Source of the DNA: a virus
Taxonomy: Duplodnaviria > Caudoviricetes
DNA length: 24,958 nucleotides
Strand: one strand, 5' to 3'
Virus record (IMG/VR): IMGVR_UViG_3300020438_000259
Location: 1 to 24,958 of that record
Shown here: positions 1-10,438 of the stretch, piece after piece
Position numbering within the stretch: the first letter of the stretch is position 1
How the letters are laid out: every line of letters starts with the position of its first letter
Notes under the pieces: model-generated
What the model was told of the DNA's origin: nothing
Database searches by the model: none
The model's input: only the letters and a program-made list of their open reading frames with translations
Program-made: the position numbers and the translations under genes

Positions 1-3000
1 TTATCCAAAAGACGCAGATGGTCACGACATAACCGGGGTGTGGTTCTACATCACCAAGGTTGCTTGCTGTTTCATTGAATGGGAATGCTTGACCGGGGCC
101 GTAGATGAGGTAAGTTGTGAAGTAAGGTGTGTCTGTCTTATGGTCAGTGTAGCGTGCCGTTTGATGAGGCATACGCATGACCAGCGGTATAGGTCGTTGA
201 CGCACGATGCCAGCAGTGTAGCGTGCTGTTACATGACTTGGATTTGCGTTATGATTTGCTAAAGTTCCCGCATCAATGTCGGGAGACAATACATTGTTTT
301 GATTAAACGCTGGTGGATTGATACTTCCACGATGCTGGTTGAGTAGTGGCGTGCCGGGGAAGAAAGCAAGCAGGGCGTTGCAATCTACCAGCGCATACGC
401 TGTGCTAATTTCGTTAGCGTTCTGTATGCCTGCTGTACCAGTCGGGCCGTTGGAGTATGGATGTGTGTAGAATGACGAGTAATCGTTTTGCGAACCGTCG
501 TTGACATCCAACACCACTCCACTGAATCCACCGCCAAAGTAGAGTGGAACGCTGTGGTCGTTGCTGTCACGCCCGTTCTTGAAGAAGACCACAGGTTCAC
601 TCTCTATGCTACCATACAAACGATAACCGCTGAAATCCTTGTCAGCATGAAGCATCAACAAAACATCAGCCCTATCAGCACTTGCTCCGTACAATGTATT
701 CCATTCTTCATTGTAATTTATTGCAACAACTTTCAGTTTAGTTGCTGAATTAGCACCTTGAACAGAAGTCACAGTAGCGAACCTATTACTTCCCGACCAA
801 ATGACCTTTGCATCACCGAAAGAAACCAACTTGGTAACGCTGGCAAATGTAGCCGCTTCTTCCCCTGCCGGAACAAGTATATGTGTCGTTGTCTCACCGG
901 AATTTGTAGTGAAAATATCATCACTGTGGGTAAAGTCTGTAGTTACCAAGGCGTTGTCAAGAGCGGGCAAAATATGGTCGCCGCTACGAGAAGTGTAAGT
1001 CAACCCTTTGAGATTATTTGCCCAAGTCTTGGTAGGTACAGGGTCGTTATAGGAGTCAACAAGAATGGGCGTGGGTGTGTTGGTGTGATAACCACGGGAT
1101 TTTGTGCGAATCTGTAAGACAGTGTGGGGTAAGTAGCCGCAATCTACTTTGCGGTGATTGTCTTCAATATCAGCATCCGATACGGGTTTGTTGAAAGCCG
1201 CTGGTGCCGTGACCGTCCATTGGCTGTTTGATGACTGGTCAAGTTTTTCGTACTCACCAAATTCAAGATGCGGTGCCTCAATACCCAAGTCTCGGTGCAG
1301 TGATGCTTCAAACATTGTGGACAGTGGGCGTGCGCCACGCTGTGGGTTGTGGGCACGGATTCGGATGGCATCAGCGGCCACACCCCACTCTCCAAAGGTA
1401 CGCCCGTCAACAGCGTACATGTGTCGGCAATCAAACGGAACACCTTCGGGTGTGTTTGGGTCGGCCAAGTTGATAGCCTCAGCCGTTACAGCCGCCATCA
1501 ATTCGTCAGTCATTAGCGTCGTCCAATTGATTCGTGGTGAAATAAGTGCTTTGATGATAAGACTGGATGATGTGCTAAGCATTTGAGCAGTAGTGGCAGT
1601 ACCGCTATTTATTGTGGGGTCAAAGGATGTATCTCCAATAGTTTCTATTGAATGCGATGTAGCAAACTCACTTCCTCTCACGCCGTAGAATGTGTGAACT
1701 CCCGAATCACCAGCACTGTTCAATTGTGTACGGCTTTCGTAAGAAATGACATTTCCAACAGTGCCTTTTGTTGTTGTACCAGTAAATGGGTCAGTGATTT
1801 GAATGACACCGTTTTGACGAGGGAAGCCGAGGTAACCAAGGAGGTCGGGGTGGTTGCCAAGTTCCTGTCCACTATCAAATGGCGCACCAAACTGCACGGT
1901 TAGCGTAGAGTTACTATGATTCCATGATATTTGACAATCAATACCAGCAGAAGGAGCATACACCCCTCGCCATTGATTCCCTCGCCAACTGTTCATCGTG
2001 ACAGTAGTGACATCCAATCGCCCTGTAGCATCACCAAAGCCAAGCATATGATGACCAATGGTAAAACCACCCTTAGCCACATCCCCATCGTTAAAGTAAA
2101 CGCAAATCTCATCATCAAGTGTAGAGGGTATGGTTGTCAAATCGTTGGCAAACGCTTCATCCATTTTGCGATAAATGAAACGCACACCGTAACCTTGTCC
2201 TCGGTGGTCGTTAAAGCGGAAACCGTACAATGGTGTGTCTCCTACCGCATCGTCTGTTATTTCAGCAGTGTTTACATGTCCACTGTATGAAGTGATGGCT
2301 GTAGGGGATGTGCCCGCTTTGGGTAAGCCTTCATTGTACAATTTGTCAAAAGAGTCATCACCTTTGCGTCCAAGACCATGCTTACCTGCAATGGGTGAAA
2401 AACCCGGTACACCGGATGCCACAAGACCACCAAAGTTGATGCGACCAGTTGCCTGTTTACCCATTCGTAATCCTTTGACCAGCGCAGTGGATGGGCTTTG
2501 TGTTTCAAACGATTCGTCGTTTACGCTGTTGTGCGAAATACCACCAAGGTGAGCGGAAATGTTTCGGCCCTTTGGGTTAGCCGTTTCGTTGCGGCGTGGG
2601 GTAATGTCGTGATTGCTGGTAAAAGCCTCATCGGGTTCTTCCTGCGCTACGAACTCACGCAAAGTAGAGACTGGTGCAAATGGCCTTCCATCCTTGTTAA
2701 GCGGCATAGGAGCAGGGTGCATGTTTTCACTCAGTATTTCATCGGGTTGTGCCCAAAAATTGCGGAAACGACCACCATGACCGATGAGGAATTGCGGTTG
2801 ATAGGAAGATTGCCCTTTGCTGTTGTCAAGCCACACACAGAAGTTGCGACCCGATGCACCGGGAATAGTAGAGTGAATAACAATGCTATAGCCCTCGTTA
2901 CCGTTGATGTCTTCAACAACCCGACCCATGTGCGCCCGTACATAACCCATGTGTGAACCACGGTCATGTGAGTCAAAGGCGATGTCTCCATACCAAAAGG

Positions 3001-6000
3001 GAGCAGGGTCATAGGTAGAGCCTGTAGCCGCAAAGTCAGCGTTGATGTGAGCGGAGGTTGGGTCTTTATTCGGGTCTGCTGTGTCTTGCCGCACACCAAT
3101 ACGAGTGAGGTCAAGCCGCTCACTTTCACCGGGGTATTGTTGTGATGGACGACGAGCATGTGTGCGACCGTTAAGCGCACCCCCTTGATTGATGAGGCGC
3201 ACCATTTCTCGTGCCGCCGCCTCAATGTCAGTGACACCCTCCTTCACACCAACTTCACCCAAATCAAGTGTCATGCGGCGTACAAAGTCCATTTGTGTCC
3301 AGTGTTTGAGGTGTTGCAAGCGAGACTCTTCATGGTTGGCAAGTTCAAGTGTAGTGTTTCTTTTACCCTTTAAACAAAGAAACGCTGAGATAACACGAGT
3401 ACCATCGGGAGTATCAAACAGTGTGCTTGCGTCTTTAAGAGAATGCGTAGTGGGGTTTTGAGTTGCACGGTGTAATTTTAATTCACGCAACAACAAATCT
3501 CCTTCTTTTGCTTTGCGAATCAACTTGTGAATTTCATTTGCGTAATACACTGATGCCACAGCAGGTTGTACACGAGGAAGCACGCTATCACCCACAGTAT
3601 GTGTGTTCCCTGTTTCTTCGTGATATAATCCAGTATGTACAAAGTGTCCGTGTCCCTTACCTCGCAACAATGGATTGTTCCCAAGGCTACTTGGGTCTTG
3701 TAGGGTGTATTTGGTATCGGAGCCGGGTGTGCCGTCCACGAGGTCTTGTGATGCTGTATTGGGCACATTGTGTGCGTAGGCACTTTCAATGAATTTTGAT
3801 TGTTGCGTAGAACGCACATACTTGTTCTCCGATGGGAATCCATTGGCTACATCTATTTGCGTAGTGAAGTAATGGGGAGCACCGCCGTTGACACTGATAA
3901 GATGCTTGTCAAGTTTGATGGTGCCACCTTCGTATGCGATGTTGCGAGTAAAACCAATTGTTGGTGTATCGGCACTGGATTGCACTTGCATGTGAAGGTC
4001 GTGAAAGGCAATGAACTCACGGTCATGTCCCACATCAAACAAAAGGACACGAGCATTACCGTCAGTAGAAAGGTATGGGTCAATGTAGGCTACGGTGGGT
4101 GCTTGTGTTGCATCCAACCCCATAGCCTCGTAATTCATCTCCACCGTCTTGTTTACATGTTGAGCAAAGTTTTGTGCTGTTTCAAGACACGAGTTGCCAA
4201 TCAAAAAGTTTTCAAGTGGAATAGAGTCTCTTGGACGGTTTGCTAATGTTCCTTCACCACCGTTAAATCCACTCCAAACAAAAGCCTCATTCATTACACC
4301 TCTACTTTTGGCGAACAACCCTTCTACAGCATGTGGATTATTGATGGTCATGTTCATCCAAACGGTATCTCCATCTCGTAGTCCACCTTGGGTGAATGGA
4401 TAGACCCAACTTCGGTTGAGAATAGCATCAGCGTCATTCTGCACAACGGTGCCTACACCTATACGCACATCGTCGCCATTTGCTACAGCAACAACATTTG
4501 CGGCTACAAGCGTGACAACTGTGTGTGCACCGCTTGTCAAATTGGATTTTACATCTGCAACTTCACCTACATACTTAATGGCGTTGCTTGAATCTTCAAG
4601 GAATAACAAATCACCAGTGCGAATGTTTGTGCCGATGGTGTTAGCATGAGCAAAACGATTACTGCCATTTGTGATGTTTAGCGTTGTGGATGCACCCGCT
4701 GATGTAGCACCAACGAATGTCCACTGCTCGGCTGATGTAGATGGATGAAAAGTAGCCGTTTGCAACTCTTGGTTTTGCATGTTTGCGGGATTCACTATGG
4801 ATTGGAAGGCGTGTCCTGCTTTTACAAGTTTAAACTCAGCCCCAATGAAGTCTCCAACAGTCAGTGAAACATTTTTTGGTGTTGTTACCAATACAGAATT
4901 TGCACCTGCTATTGAATCCAACTTGCCTAAATAGTACACCTCAAGCGGAGTGTCTGTGCCAATTTCAGCAATGTAGGTTAAATCGCCTTGTTCAGGAATG
5001 CTGTTATTATTGCTGTCCCTTGAATATGGAACATCGGGGAAAAGTGAAGCATCATCAAGAATGATGTTGAATGCAAAACCATCGGTTGCATTACCACTTA
5101 CTTCTTGTGCTTGCATGATGGTTGATTTTGCTCGTTTTGATATGGTGCGAGGTGCGTGTGGGTTGGCCAATGGGCCAGCCTTGAACTCCACGGCTGAAAC
5201 ATACTGGCGCAGGCCGTAGTCAAGGTTCCCACCTTGCGTTTTCATGTTCGCCGCATCGTAATAAAAGGGTGAGCGGCCTTCCAAATCCGACGATGGCAAT
5301 TCAGCATCGGAGTCAATCGGCATGAGCGTTTCATTTCGGAAACCCCCACCTGTGTGTATTTTTGCACCAACGATTGCGTTTTGGAAGAATGTCTCGGAAT
5401 GTCCATCAAAATAACCTCCTGTAGCATTGATTGGAATTGACAAAAACCCATCTAACGCTGGATTATTGTCATACACAGCCCATTCTCCGCTGGTGAGAAA
5501 TACCCTGCGTAGGCGGTTAATCCCCTTGAGATTACCCACATCATCAACCGCTACAATTGTAGGGCTACCCCCTGAACCAGTAGCATCGGAAGAGTTTGTG
5601 GCATCGGGAAACATTTTTGGATGAGACACAAAAATGTGAAAATGGTCGGTATATGCAGTGATACCTGTGCTTGTGTGTGTATGTGATGCAGTAGCATCTT
5701 CAATACGAAGAATGGTAGCCGACTCAATGTAATTTTGATTATTGATAGTGTACGAATACGCTGATTTTACGCTCTTATCCGCTGTGGCAACATCGTTTGC
5801 TCTTCTACCCACTGGTGTTGGGTTCCATGTGTGAGCGGTGTAGGTAGCATCTACATGCACTTTCATGCTGTTATCGGGGCCGGGAAATATACCAAGGTCG
5901 GTGTGGTCAAAGAATTGTTGAGGAAATATCGGTATCTCTACCATGGCACGGGTGCTGGCATATTGAGTACCCAACTGATAGTCGTGCGTTACATCGTCAA

Positions 6001-9000
6001 GCGATTGGAACAGGCGGTCATTGACGGTGCTACCGTCCTGTGTTAATGAGTCGTTGTCAAAGTCTCCATCGTTGAAGATGTAAACCGAGGTCAAATAAGT
6101 CCCTGCTGAGCCTTGACTGATGATGCCTGTGGCATTGCACCATGCGTGAAAAGTCGCATACGCTGTGCCTGCACCGTCCAAAAATGTCCTGCTGGCTACT
6201 GCGTTGGATTCACTGAAATAGAAACCCGCACCTGTTTTTTCTGTGTATGCCGCACTTGCTCCGTCTTCAAGGAATATGCGTCCCACCTGTGGGAAGCAAA
6301 TAGTTCCCCATGATTTAAGGTCGGGAGAGTCGTTATTGACTGGTGTTACGCTCATGCTGAGAGCACCAGTCGTAGTGACTATCCGTGCCTGTGTAGCGCA
6401 ACTGCGACGAGTAGAGCCGGGGAGTCGCATCAGCGGGCTTGGGTCAAAGGTGGGTTTGGTGTTCACACCGCCCTGCCCCGGCCCACCAAGCGTGACTGTA
6501 ACCACTGGTGCATTGGGTTCAATCTCTTTTACCACATGTGAGTCGGGAGAGCCACTGCCAACGGCTGAGACATTCTCGTTCACGAAGGAGTCAGCGATAC
6601 CCGAAGCCGTCACAACCACCGTGGACATGTTGGATTCGGGACTTTCCTGCTTGGACACCCCACGCACCCGACAGCGGCTCATGAGGAACATGATGCTGGC
6701 GATGTTGGGGGTATCGCCTGCGCCAAGGGAACGCACCAGCGACAATTGATTTACTCGTGATTTAACAGACGGCTGAACGAAAATCTTCGCCAGCAAACCT
6801 GCTTCTTCAGTAATCAAAAGGTTGTCAATGATGTTAAACATCTCAAAGACACGACTTGAGTGTGTGGTGGGGCCGAGGTCAAACACACCCGTACCCGACT
6901 TATCAGTGGTGGGTTGGCGTGTGCGCTTACCTGCACCTTCATCGGTAATCGTGTCTTCTGTGTTTGAACTCATGGCCTCAATAGCAAGGCGGTGATACAC
7001 GGACTCGTGTGTAGCACTGTTGTGTGAGCGAGCGATGGCCTTTGGTGGGCCTGCTGGCTCAGCATTGACATCGTTTGGTGGGGTGTACAATGCAGGTGTA
7101 CGGCTGAGGTCAAGTTCGGTGTCGCTGTCCTGTCCACCTGTGTTGTCACCAATCAGCGTGTGTGATTGTTGCATGAGTGAACCATAACCACTGATGGCAT
7201 TTGACAGGTAAATCACACCACCGGGTGAATAGAGTGTGGTGTTAGCAAGGTCGGAAGTGATGACATCCAGCACTCGTGTACCGCTTCCCAAATCATGTGA
7301 ACCCTTTGGTACGGTCTTGGTGACCATGAGCATGGGAGTGGATTGCCCCATGCTGGCTCCTGTGAGGTCTATAGCGTTGTAATACACCTCAACATACGGG
7401 GCAAGGTCATGCGAAGTCCTCAAGGCTGGTACATGCAAGAGAGCCACACGACTCTCGGTTTCCGGTAAGAGGTGAAAGAGTCGGTTGTTCTCGTCAATGT
7501 CACCTGCTTCGGGCACCGGGCCTTTGAGCATGAATGGAGCATACTTGAAGCCGCTACCACCAATGGCGATGAGTTCCTTCTTGCTGGCAGGCATACCGTT
7601 GTTGACGATGGTGGCGACACTGGACGAGTTCTCAATGCGAGCGATGGGTGCCTCAAGAGTCTCACTGTAGAAATCAAGGAGTGAGTTCATTGTAAACATC
7701 TCGTCAATATCACGAGTGTTGGAGTCATACGCCATCTGCACAATGTCAGCCGAGCCGTCAGCCTGCTGGTCAATGATAAGTTCAGTAGGTTTGGGATAGC
7801 GGCGCATGTACTCATGGCCGGTGATGTGTGAGAAGGTGTGCCGCCCACTGTGACCTACTTGGAAAAGCGTGTCAAGAGTGGCTGGCCATGTCACAGCGTA
7901 AGGGTTGTTGGTGGTATCGGTGGCCATCTGCGAGGAGTACACCAATCCATGATTACCAACATCGCTTTCGTCAAGCACCATTTGTCCGGTCTTGTCAAAA
8001 ATTTGCGTGCCGTAGTGTGGAGGTTGGTAGGGCTTACCCGTGCCGTTGTCAATGAGCAGGTCGGCCCCGATGACTACGAAGTAATTGTCCACATTGGCTG
8101 TACGGCTGTGTAAAGCACCACGCAGACCGCTTGTACCGTTGATGAAATCTACATGAATGCTGTTGAATGTCACGACACCCGTGTTTCCGTTGATGCTTTC
8201 CAGTCGCACCCTTTCGGGTGGGGATTGATTGGGCTTCTGCGTGTTGCGATTGATGGCACCGGGGTTGATGAGTAGGTTGTAAGGTGTGTGCGCTACGCTT
8301 AGGGTAGCGGCTGTGCCACTGTTGGTGTAGTAGTCCACGACCTTGTAGTTGCCCATGCTATAAGGTGTGGAAGTAAAGGTGGTAGTTGGAGAGGTTGCGT
8401 CATACGCCTTACCAGTCAACCGAGCGATGAGCGTTTGTGCATCAGCCGCCGTCATGGTCAGCGTCTTGGTGGTGCCGTCGCTGGCGGCAGAAAAGGCCGT
8501 GAAGTCGTAGGTGCCTTCTACGATGTCAAGTGGTTCTTCAAAGCGAAACAACGCAGAAGTAGCGTTGTTTTTAACAGCCATAGAAGGAAGTATCATGCCT
8601 TCGTCATAATCGTTTGAAAGGTGAATGGCCTCAATTGCACCACGGAACTCACCACCTTTACCACCGAGGTACACATGCTCAGTAGAGCGGGCAAGACGAG
8701 TTTCGGGTGGGATGTCTTGTTGAGATACAACTTCACCGTTGACGGCCAAGAACACACGGTTTTTGTTAATACCAGCCACAACATGGTACAGGGGTCGGTT
8801 GTTGAAGTTGAGATTTGTGGCATCTCCGTAGTTGCTCTTGTCATAGCGATTGTACGAGTCGTGGATGCCGCCATGTTCTTGCTGTGGGTACACGATACCA
8901 TCCCATCGTGTACTGGCATCAGTGGCGGTTGCTAAACGGAAAAACGATGGGCCAGCAAGAGATTCAACTTCAACGCTGAAAACAGCAGGGCCGGGAGTAT

Positions 9001-9271
9001 CTACCGTGCCCAATTCAAGGGTAAACTGTCCATCTCGGTGAGCAATCACACCTCCGCAATCGGGCACGACCCACGCCTCAATTACAAAATCAACAATTGT
9101 TTTATCGTTAATTGAAACGATGTCGCCGCTACCCTGTAGCGTCTTGGTCATCAGTTTGTTGCCGTCAGCATCCTTTACACCTGTCTTGGTGAAACGACCT
9201 TGAGGAATAATCACCGAATCGCTCACGCCATCAAAGAAGAAGGCGTGACTACTACGACCGATTGCAACCAT
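1..9271 (-). CDS. Giant (>3,090 aa, 3'-truncated) putative tail tip/fibre protein with N-terminal LamG/concanavalin A-like domain
   Basis: ATG at 9271 preceded by TGAGGTGAAAGA. Manual translation gives MVAIGRSSHAFFFDGVSDSVIIP...FVIEAWVVPDCGGVI...LYHVVAG...FRGAIEAIHLS...LFRFEE (LamG-like). The same frame is open and protein-like at spot checks near 6250, 5000, 3380, 2240, 1750, 620 and 2-120. No stop-terminated version appears in the ORF track, implying no in-frame stop in the window. Confidence 0.85.
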   Translation of the reverse strand, partial: MVAIGRSSHAFFFDGVSDSVIIPQGRFTKTGVKDADGNKLMTKTLQGSGDIVSINDKTIVDFVIEAWVVPDCGGVIAHRDGQFTLELGTVDTPGPAVFSVEVESLAGPSFFRLATATDASTRWDGIVYPQQEHGGIHDSYNRYDKSNYGDATNLNFNNRPLYHVVAGINKNRVFLAVNGEVVSQQDIPPETRLARSTEHVYLGGKGGEFRGAIEAIHLSNDYDEGMILPSMAVKNNATSALFRFEEPLDIVEGTYDFTAFSAASDGTTKTLTMTAADAQTLIARLTGKAYDATSPTTTFTSTPYSMGNYKVVDYYTNSGTAATLSVAHTPYNLLINPGAINRNTQKPNQSPPERVRLESINGNTGVVTFNSIHVDFINGTSGLRGALHSRTANVDNYFVVIGADLLIDNGTGKPYQPPHYGTQIFDKTGQMVLDESDVGNHGLVYSSQMATDTTNNPYAVTWPATLDTLFQVGHSGRHTFSHITGHEYMRRYPKPTELIIDQQADGSADIVQMAYDSNTRDIDEMFTMNSLLDFYSETLEAPIARIENSSSVATIVNNGMPASKKELIAIGGSGFKYAPFMLKGPVPEAGDIDENNRLFHLLPETESRVALLHVPALRTSHDLAPYVEVYYNAIDLTGASMGQSTPMLMVTKTVPKGSHDLGSGTRVLDVITSDLANTTLYSPGGVIYLSNAISGYGSLMQQSHTLIGDNTGGQDSDTELDLSRTPALYTPPNDVNAEPAGPPKAIARSHNSATHESVYHRLAIEAMSSNTEDTITDEGAGKRTRQPTTDKSGTGVFDLGPTTHSSRVFEMFNIIDNLLITEEAGLLAKIFVQPSVKSRVNQLSLVRSLGAGDTPNIASIMFLMSRCRVRGVSKQESPESNMSTVVVTASGIADSFVNENVSAVGSGSPDSHVVKEIEPNAPVVTVTLGGPGQGGVNTKPTFDPSPLMRLPGSTRRSCATQARIVTTTGALSMSVTPVNNDSPDLKSWGTICFPQVGRIFLEDGASAAYTEKTGAGFYFSESNAVASRTFLDGAGTAYATFHAWCNATGIISQGSAGTYLTSVYIFNDGDFDNDSLTQDGSTVNDRLFQSLDDVTHDYQLGTQYASTRAMVEIPIFPQQFFDHTDLGIFPGPDNSMKVHVDATYTAHTWNPTPVGRRANDVATADKSVKSAYSYTINNQNYIESATILRIEDATASHTHTSTGITAYTDHFHIFVSHPKMFPDATNSSDATGSGGSPTIVAVDDVGNLKGINRLRRVFLTSGEWAVYDNNPALDGFLSIPINATGGYFDGHSETFFQNAIVGAKIHTGGGFRNETLMPIDSDAELPSSDLEGRSPFYYDAANMKTQGGNLDYGLRQYVSAVEFKAGPLANPHAPRTISKRAKSTIMQAQEVSGNATDGFAFNIILDDASLFPDVPYSRDSNNNSIPEQGDLTYIAEIGTDTPLEVYYLGKLDSIAGANSVLVTTPKNVSLTVGDFIGAEFKLVKAGHAFQSIVNPANMQNQELQTATFHPSTSAEQWTFVGATSAGASTTLNITNGSNRFAHANTIGTNIRTGDLLFLEDSSNAIKYVGEVADVKSNLTSGAHTVVTLVAANVVAVANGDDVRIGVGTVVQNDADAILNRSWVYPFTQGGLRDGDTVWMNMTINNPHAVEGLFAKSRGVMNEAFVWSGFNGGEGTLANRPRDSIPLENFLIGNSCLETAQNFAQHVNKTVEMNYEAMGLDATQAPTVAYIDPYLSTDGNARVLLFDVGHDREFIAFHDLHMQVQSSADTPTIGFTRNIAYEGGTIKLDKHLISVNGGAPHYFTTQIDVANGFPSENKYVRSTQQSKFIESAYAHNVPNTASQDLVDGTPGSDTKYTLQDPSSLGNNPLLRGKGHGHFVHTGLYHEETGNTHTVGDSVLPRVQPAVASVYYANEIHKLIRKAKEGDLLLRELKLHRATQNPTTHSLKDASTLFDTPDGTRVISAFLCLKGKRNTTLELANHEESRLQHLKHWTQMDFVRRMTLDLGEVGVKEGVTDIEAAAREMVRLINQGGALNGRTHARRPSQQYPGESERLDLTRIGVRQDTADPNKDPTSAHINADFAATGSTYDPAPFWYGDIAFDSHDRGSHMGYVRAHMGRVVEDINGNEGYSIVIHSTIPGASGRNFCVWLDNSKGQSSYQPQFLIGHGGRFRNFWAQPDEILSENMHPAPMPLNKDGRPFAPVSTLREFVAQEEPDEAFTSNHDITPRRNETANPKGRNISAHLGGISHNSVNDESFETQSPSTALVKGLRMGKQATGRINFGGLVASGVPGFSPIAGKHGLGRKGDDSFDKLYNEGLPKAGTSPTAITSYSGHVNTAEITDDAVGDTPLYGFRFNDHRGQGYGVRFIYRKMDEAFANDLTTIPSTLDDEICVYFNDGDVAKGGFTIGHHMLGFGDATGRLDVTTVTMNSWRGNQWRGVYAPSAGIDCQISWNHSNSTLTVQFGAPFDSGQELGNHPDLLGYLGFPRQNGVIQITDPFTGTTTKGTVGNVISYESRTQLNSAGDSGVHTFYGVRGSEFATSHSIETIGDTSFDPTINSGTATTAQMLSTSSSLIIKALISPRINWTTLMTDELMAAVTAEAINLADPNTPEGVPFDCRHMYAVDGRTFGEWGVAADAIRIRAHNPQRGARPLSTMFEASLHRDLGIEAPHLEFGEYEKLDQSSNSQWTVTAPAAFNKPVSDADIEDNHRKVDCGYLPHTVLQIRTKSRGYHTNTPTPILVDSYNDPVPTKTWANNLKGLTYTSRSGDHILPALDNALVTTDFTHSDDIFTTNSGETTTHILVPAGEEAATFASVTKLVSFGDAKVIWSGSNRFATVTSVQGANSATKLKVVAINYNEEWNTLYGASADRADVLLMLHADKDFSGYRLYGSIESEPVVFFKNGRDSNDHSVPLYFGGGFSGVVLDVNDGSQNDYSSFYTHPYSNGPTGTAGIQNANEISTAYALVDCNALLAFFPGTPLLNQHRGSINPPAFNQNNVLSPDIDAGTLANHNANPSHVTARYTAGIVRQRPIPLVMRMPHQTARYTDHKTDTPYFTTYLIYGPGQAFPFNETASNLGDVEPHPGYVVTICVFWI

Positions 9272-9275
9272 TCTT

Positions 9276-9283
9276 TCACCTCA
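9276..9283 (-). promoter_or_regulatory. Shine-Dalgarno site (TGAGGTGA) of the giant ORF, overlapping the upstream stop codon
   Basis: Minus strand reads TGAGGTGA-AAGA-ATG, complementary to the 16S rRNA 3' end (AUCACCUC). Confidence 0.75.
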
Positions 9284-10438
9284 AAATATCCAGTCAATCG
9301 GTGCAAAGTTGATGGTGTACGAATAAAGCGGTTCACCACCAAGTTGAACAAAAGTTGCATTGGCTACAGCACCTTTGATACCAGTGTAGTGTCTGTCTTC
9401 ACTATCAAAAGCAGTGCCCGCAGGTTCAGCACGATTCGCAGTTTTATCCGTAACGCTTCTATGTCCACCAGTAGGCATATAGAAAATTGACTCATTTCCA
9501 TTCACATTTGAAGTAAACGGTATTTGTATTGCAGTGATGTAATCACCGTATTTGTTCGTTAGCCGATTACTCCTGTCCACTACAGCGTTGGTATCAAGAC
9601 CACTCATTGCGATTGCTTTTGTGAGTAAACTTGTAAGACCACCAAAACCTATTGCATTTTGCCCACCACCGCCATTGTTGCTGTTGTTCAACACTGCAAA
9701 CAACTCAGCCACTTTGTCTCCTGCTGATTTGTTCGTCACTTGTGAAGTGTTACGACCACCACTGAATTGTATGTGGTAGGGGCGATTGATGTATGTTGGG
9801 TATGGAAACGAAAGTGTGTCATTTCCAGCGGCGGCTTGATTGATGTTTGTCAACTCCACTGCTGTGTTGCTTTCGCCGTTAAGCGGTGAATTGATGATTG
9901 TTGATGATAGTTGTAAATCAGCACCGTATGTCCCTATAAGGCTGTGAAGGCTTGCGGCCATTTGCACCGCAGTGCGAGGCGATGTCCCGTCATGTACAGC
10001 AATGAAATGTAAGCCACCACCTGTTTTTCCTTGAAAAGTGGAGTTTTGTTTTGCCAAGTACACCTTAGCGTATGGGTTAAACTGGATGAAAAAATCATCT
10101 GCCGCAGGAGAGTTAAGAGTGACATCAGCAACTATCGCATCAATTACTGAGTCTTGAGCGAAAATACCAGTGTCAACCCTGTCGTACCTTCTTGAAAAAT
10201 CAATGACCCCTACAGCATCTCGGCCAATACTCGTCATGTTGAGTATATCATCGTCCGTCATTACTCCTTCAATCGTAATCAATGCTTTAGGGAGATTCAA
10301 ATCAAAAGCCCACCGATTACCACCAGCAAAAGGCATAGAATGTGGGGAAACACCCCTGTCCACATTCATGGTGAGGGTGGTAGCCATCAACTCAATGATG
10401 TCGCCATCGTTGCGTACAAGGCGAATTGGCGTGCCCAT
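9281..10438 (-). CDS. Putative distal tail/baseplate hub (Dit-like) protein with internal insertion, 385 aa
   Basis: Lies directly after the tape measure gene with a TGATG overlap. Beta-rich N-terminus (AFDLNLPKALITIEGVMTDD) and C-terminus (GIKGAVANATFVQLGGEPLYSYTINF) resemble a tube-fold hub. Function inferred mainly from position. Confidence 0.55.
   Translation of the reverse strand: MGTPIRLVRNDGDIIELMATTLTMNVDRGVSPHSMPFAGGNRWAFDLNLPKALITIEGVMTDDDILNMTSIGRDAVGVIDFSRRYDRVDTGIFAQDSVIDAIVADVTLNSPAADDFFIQFNPYAKVYLAKQNSTFQGKTGGGLHFIAVHDGTSPRTAVQMAASLHSLIGTYGADLQLSSTIINSPLNGESNTAVELTNINQAAAGNDTLSFPYPTYINRPYHIQFSGGRNTSQVTNKSAGDKVAELFAVLNNSNNGGGGQNAIGFGGLTSLLTKAIAMSGLDTNAVVDRSNRLTNKYGDYITAIQIPFTSNVNGNESIFYMPTGGHRSVTDKTANRAEPAGTAFDSEDRHYTGIKGAVANATFVQLGGEPLYSYTINFAPIDWIF

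Noticed and set aside
385-8919. Short minus-strand ORFs within 1-9271
   Set aside because: Alternative-frame overlaps of the giant ORF with no protein-like features.
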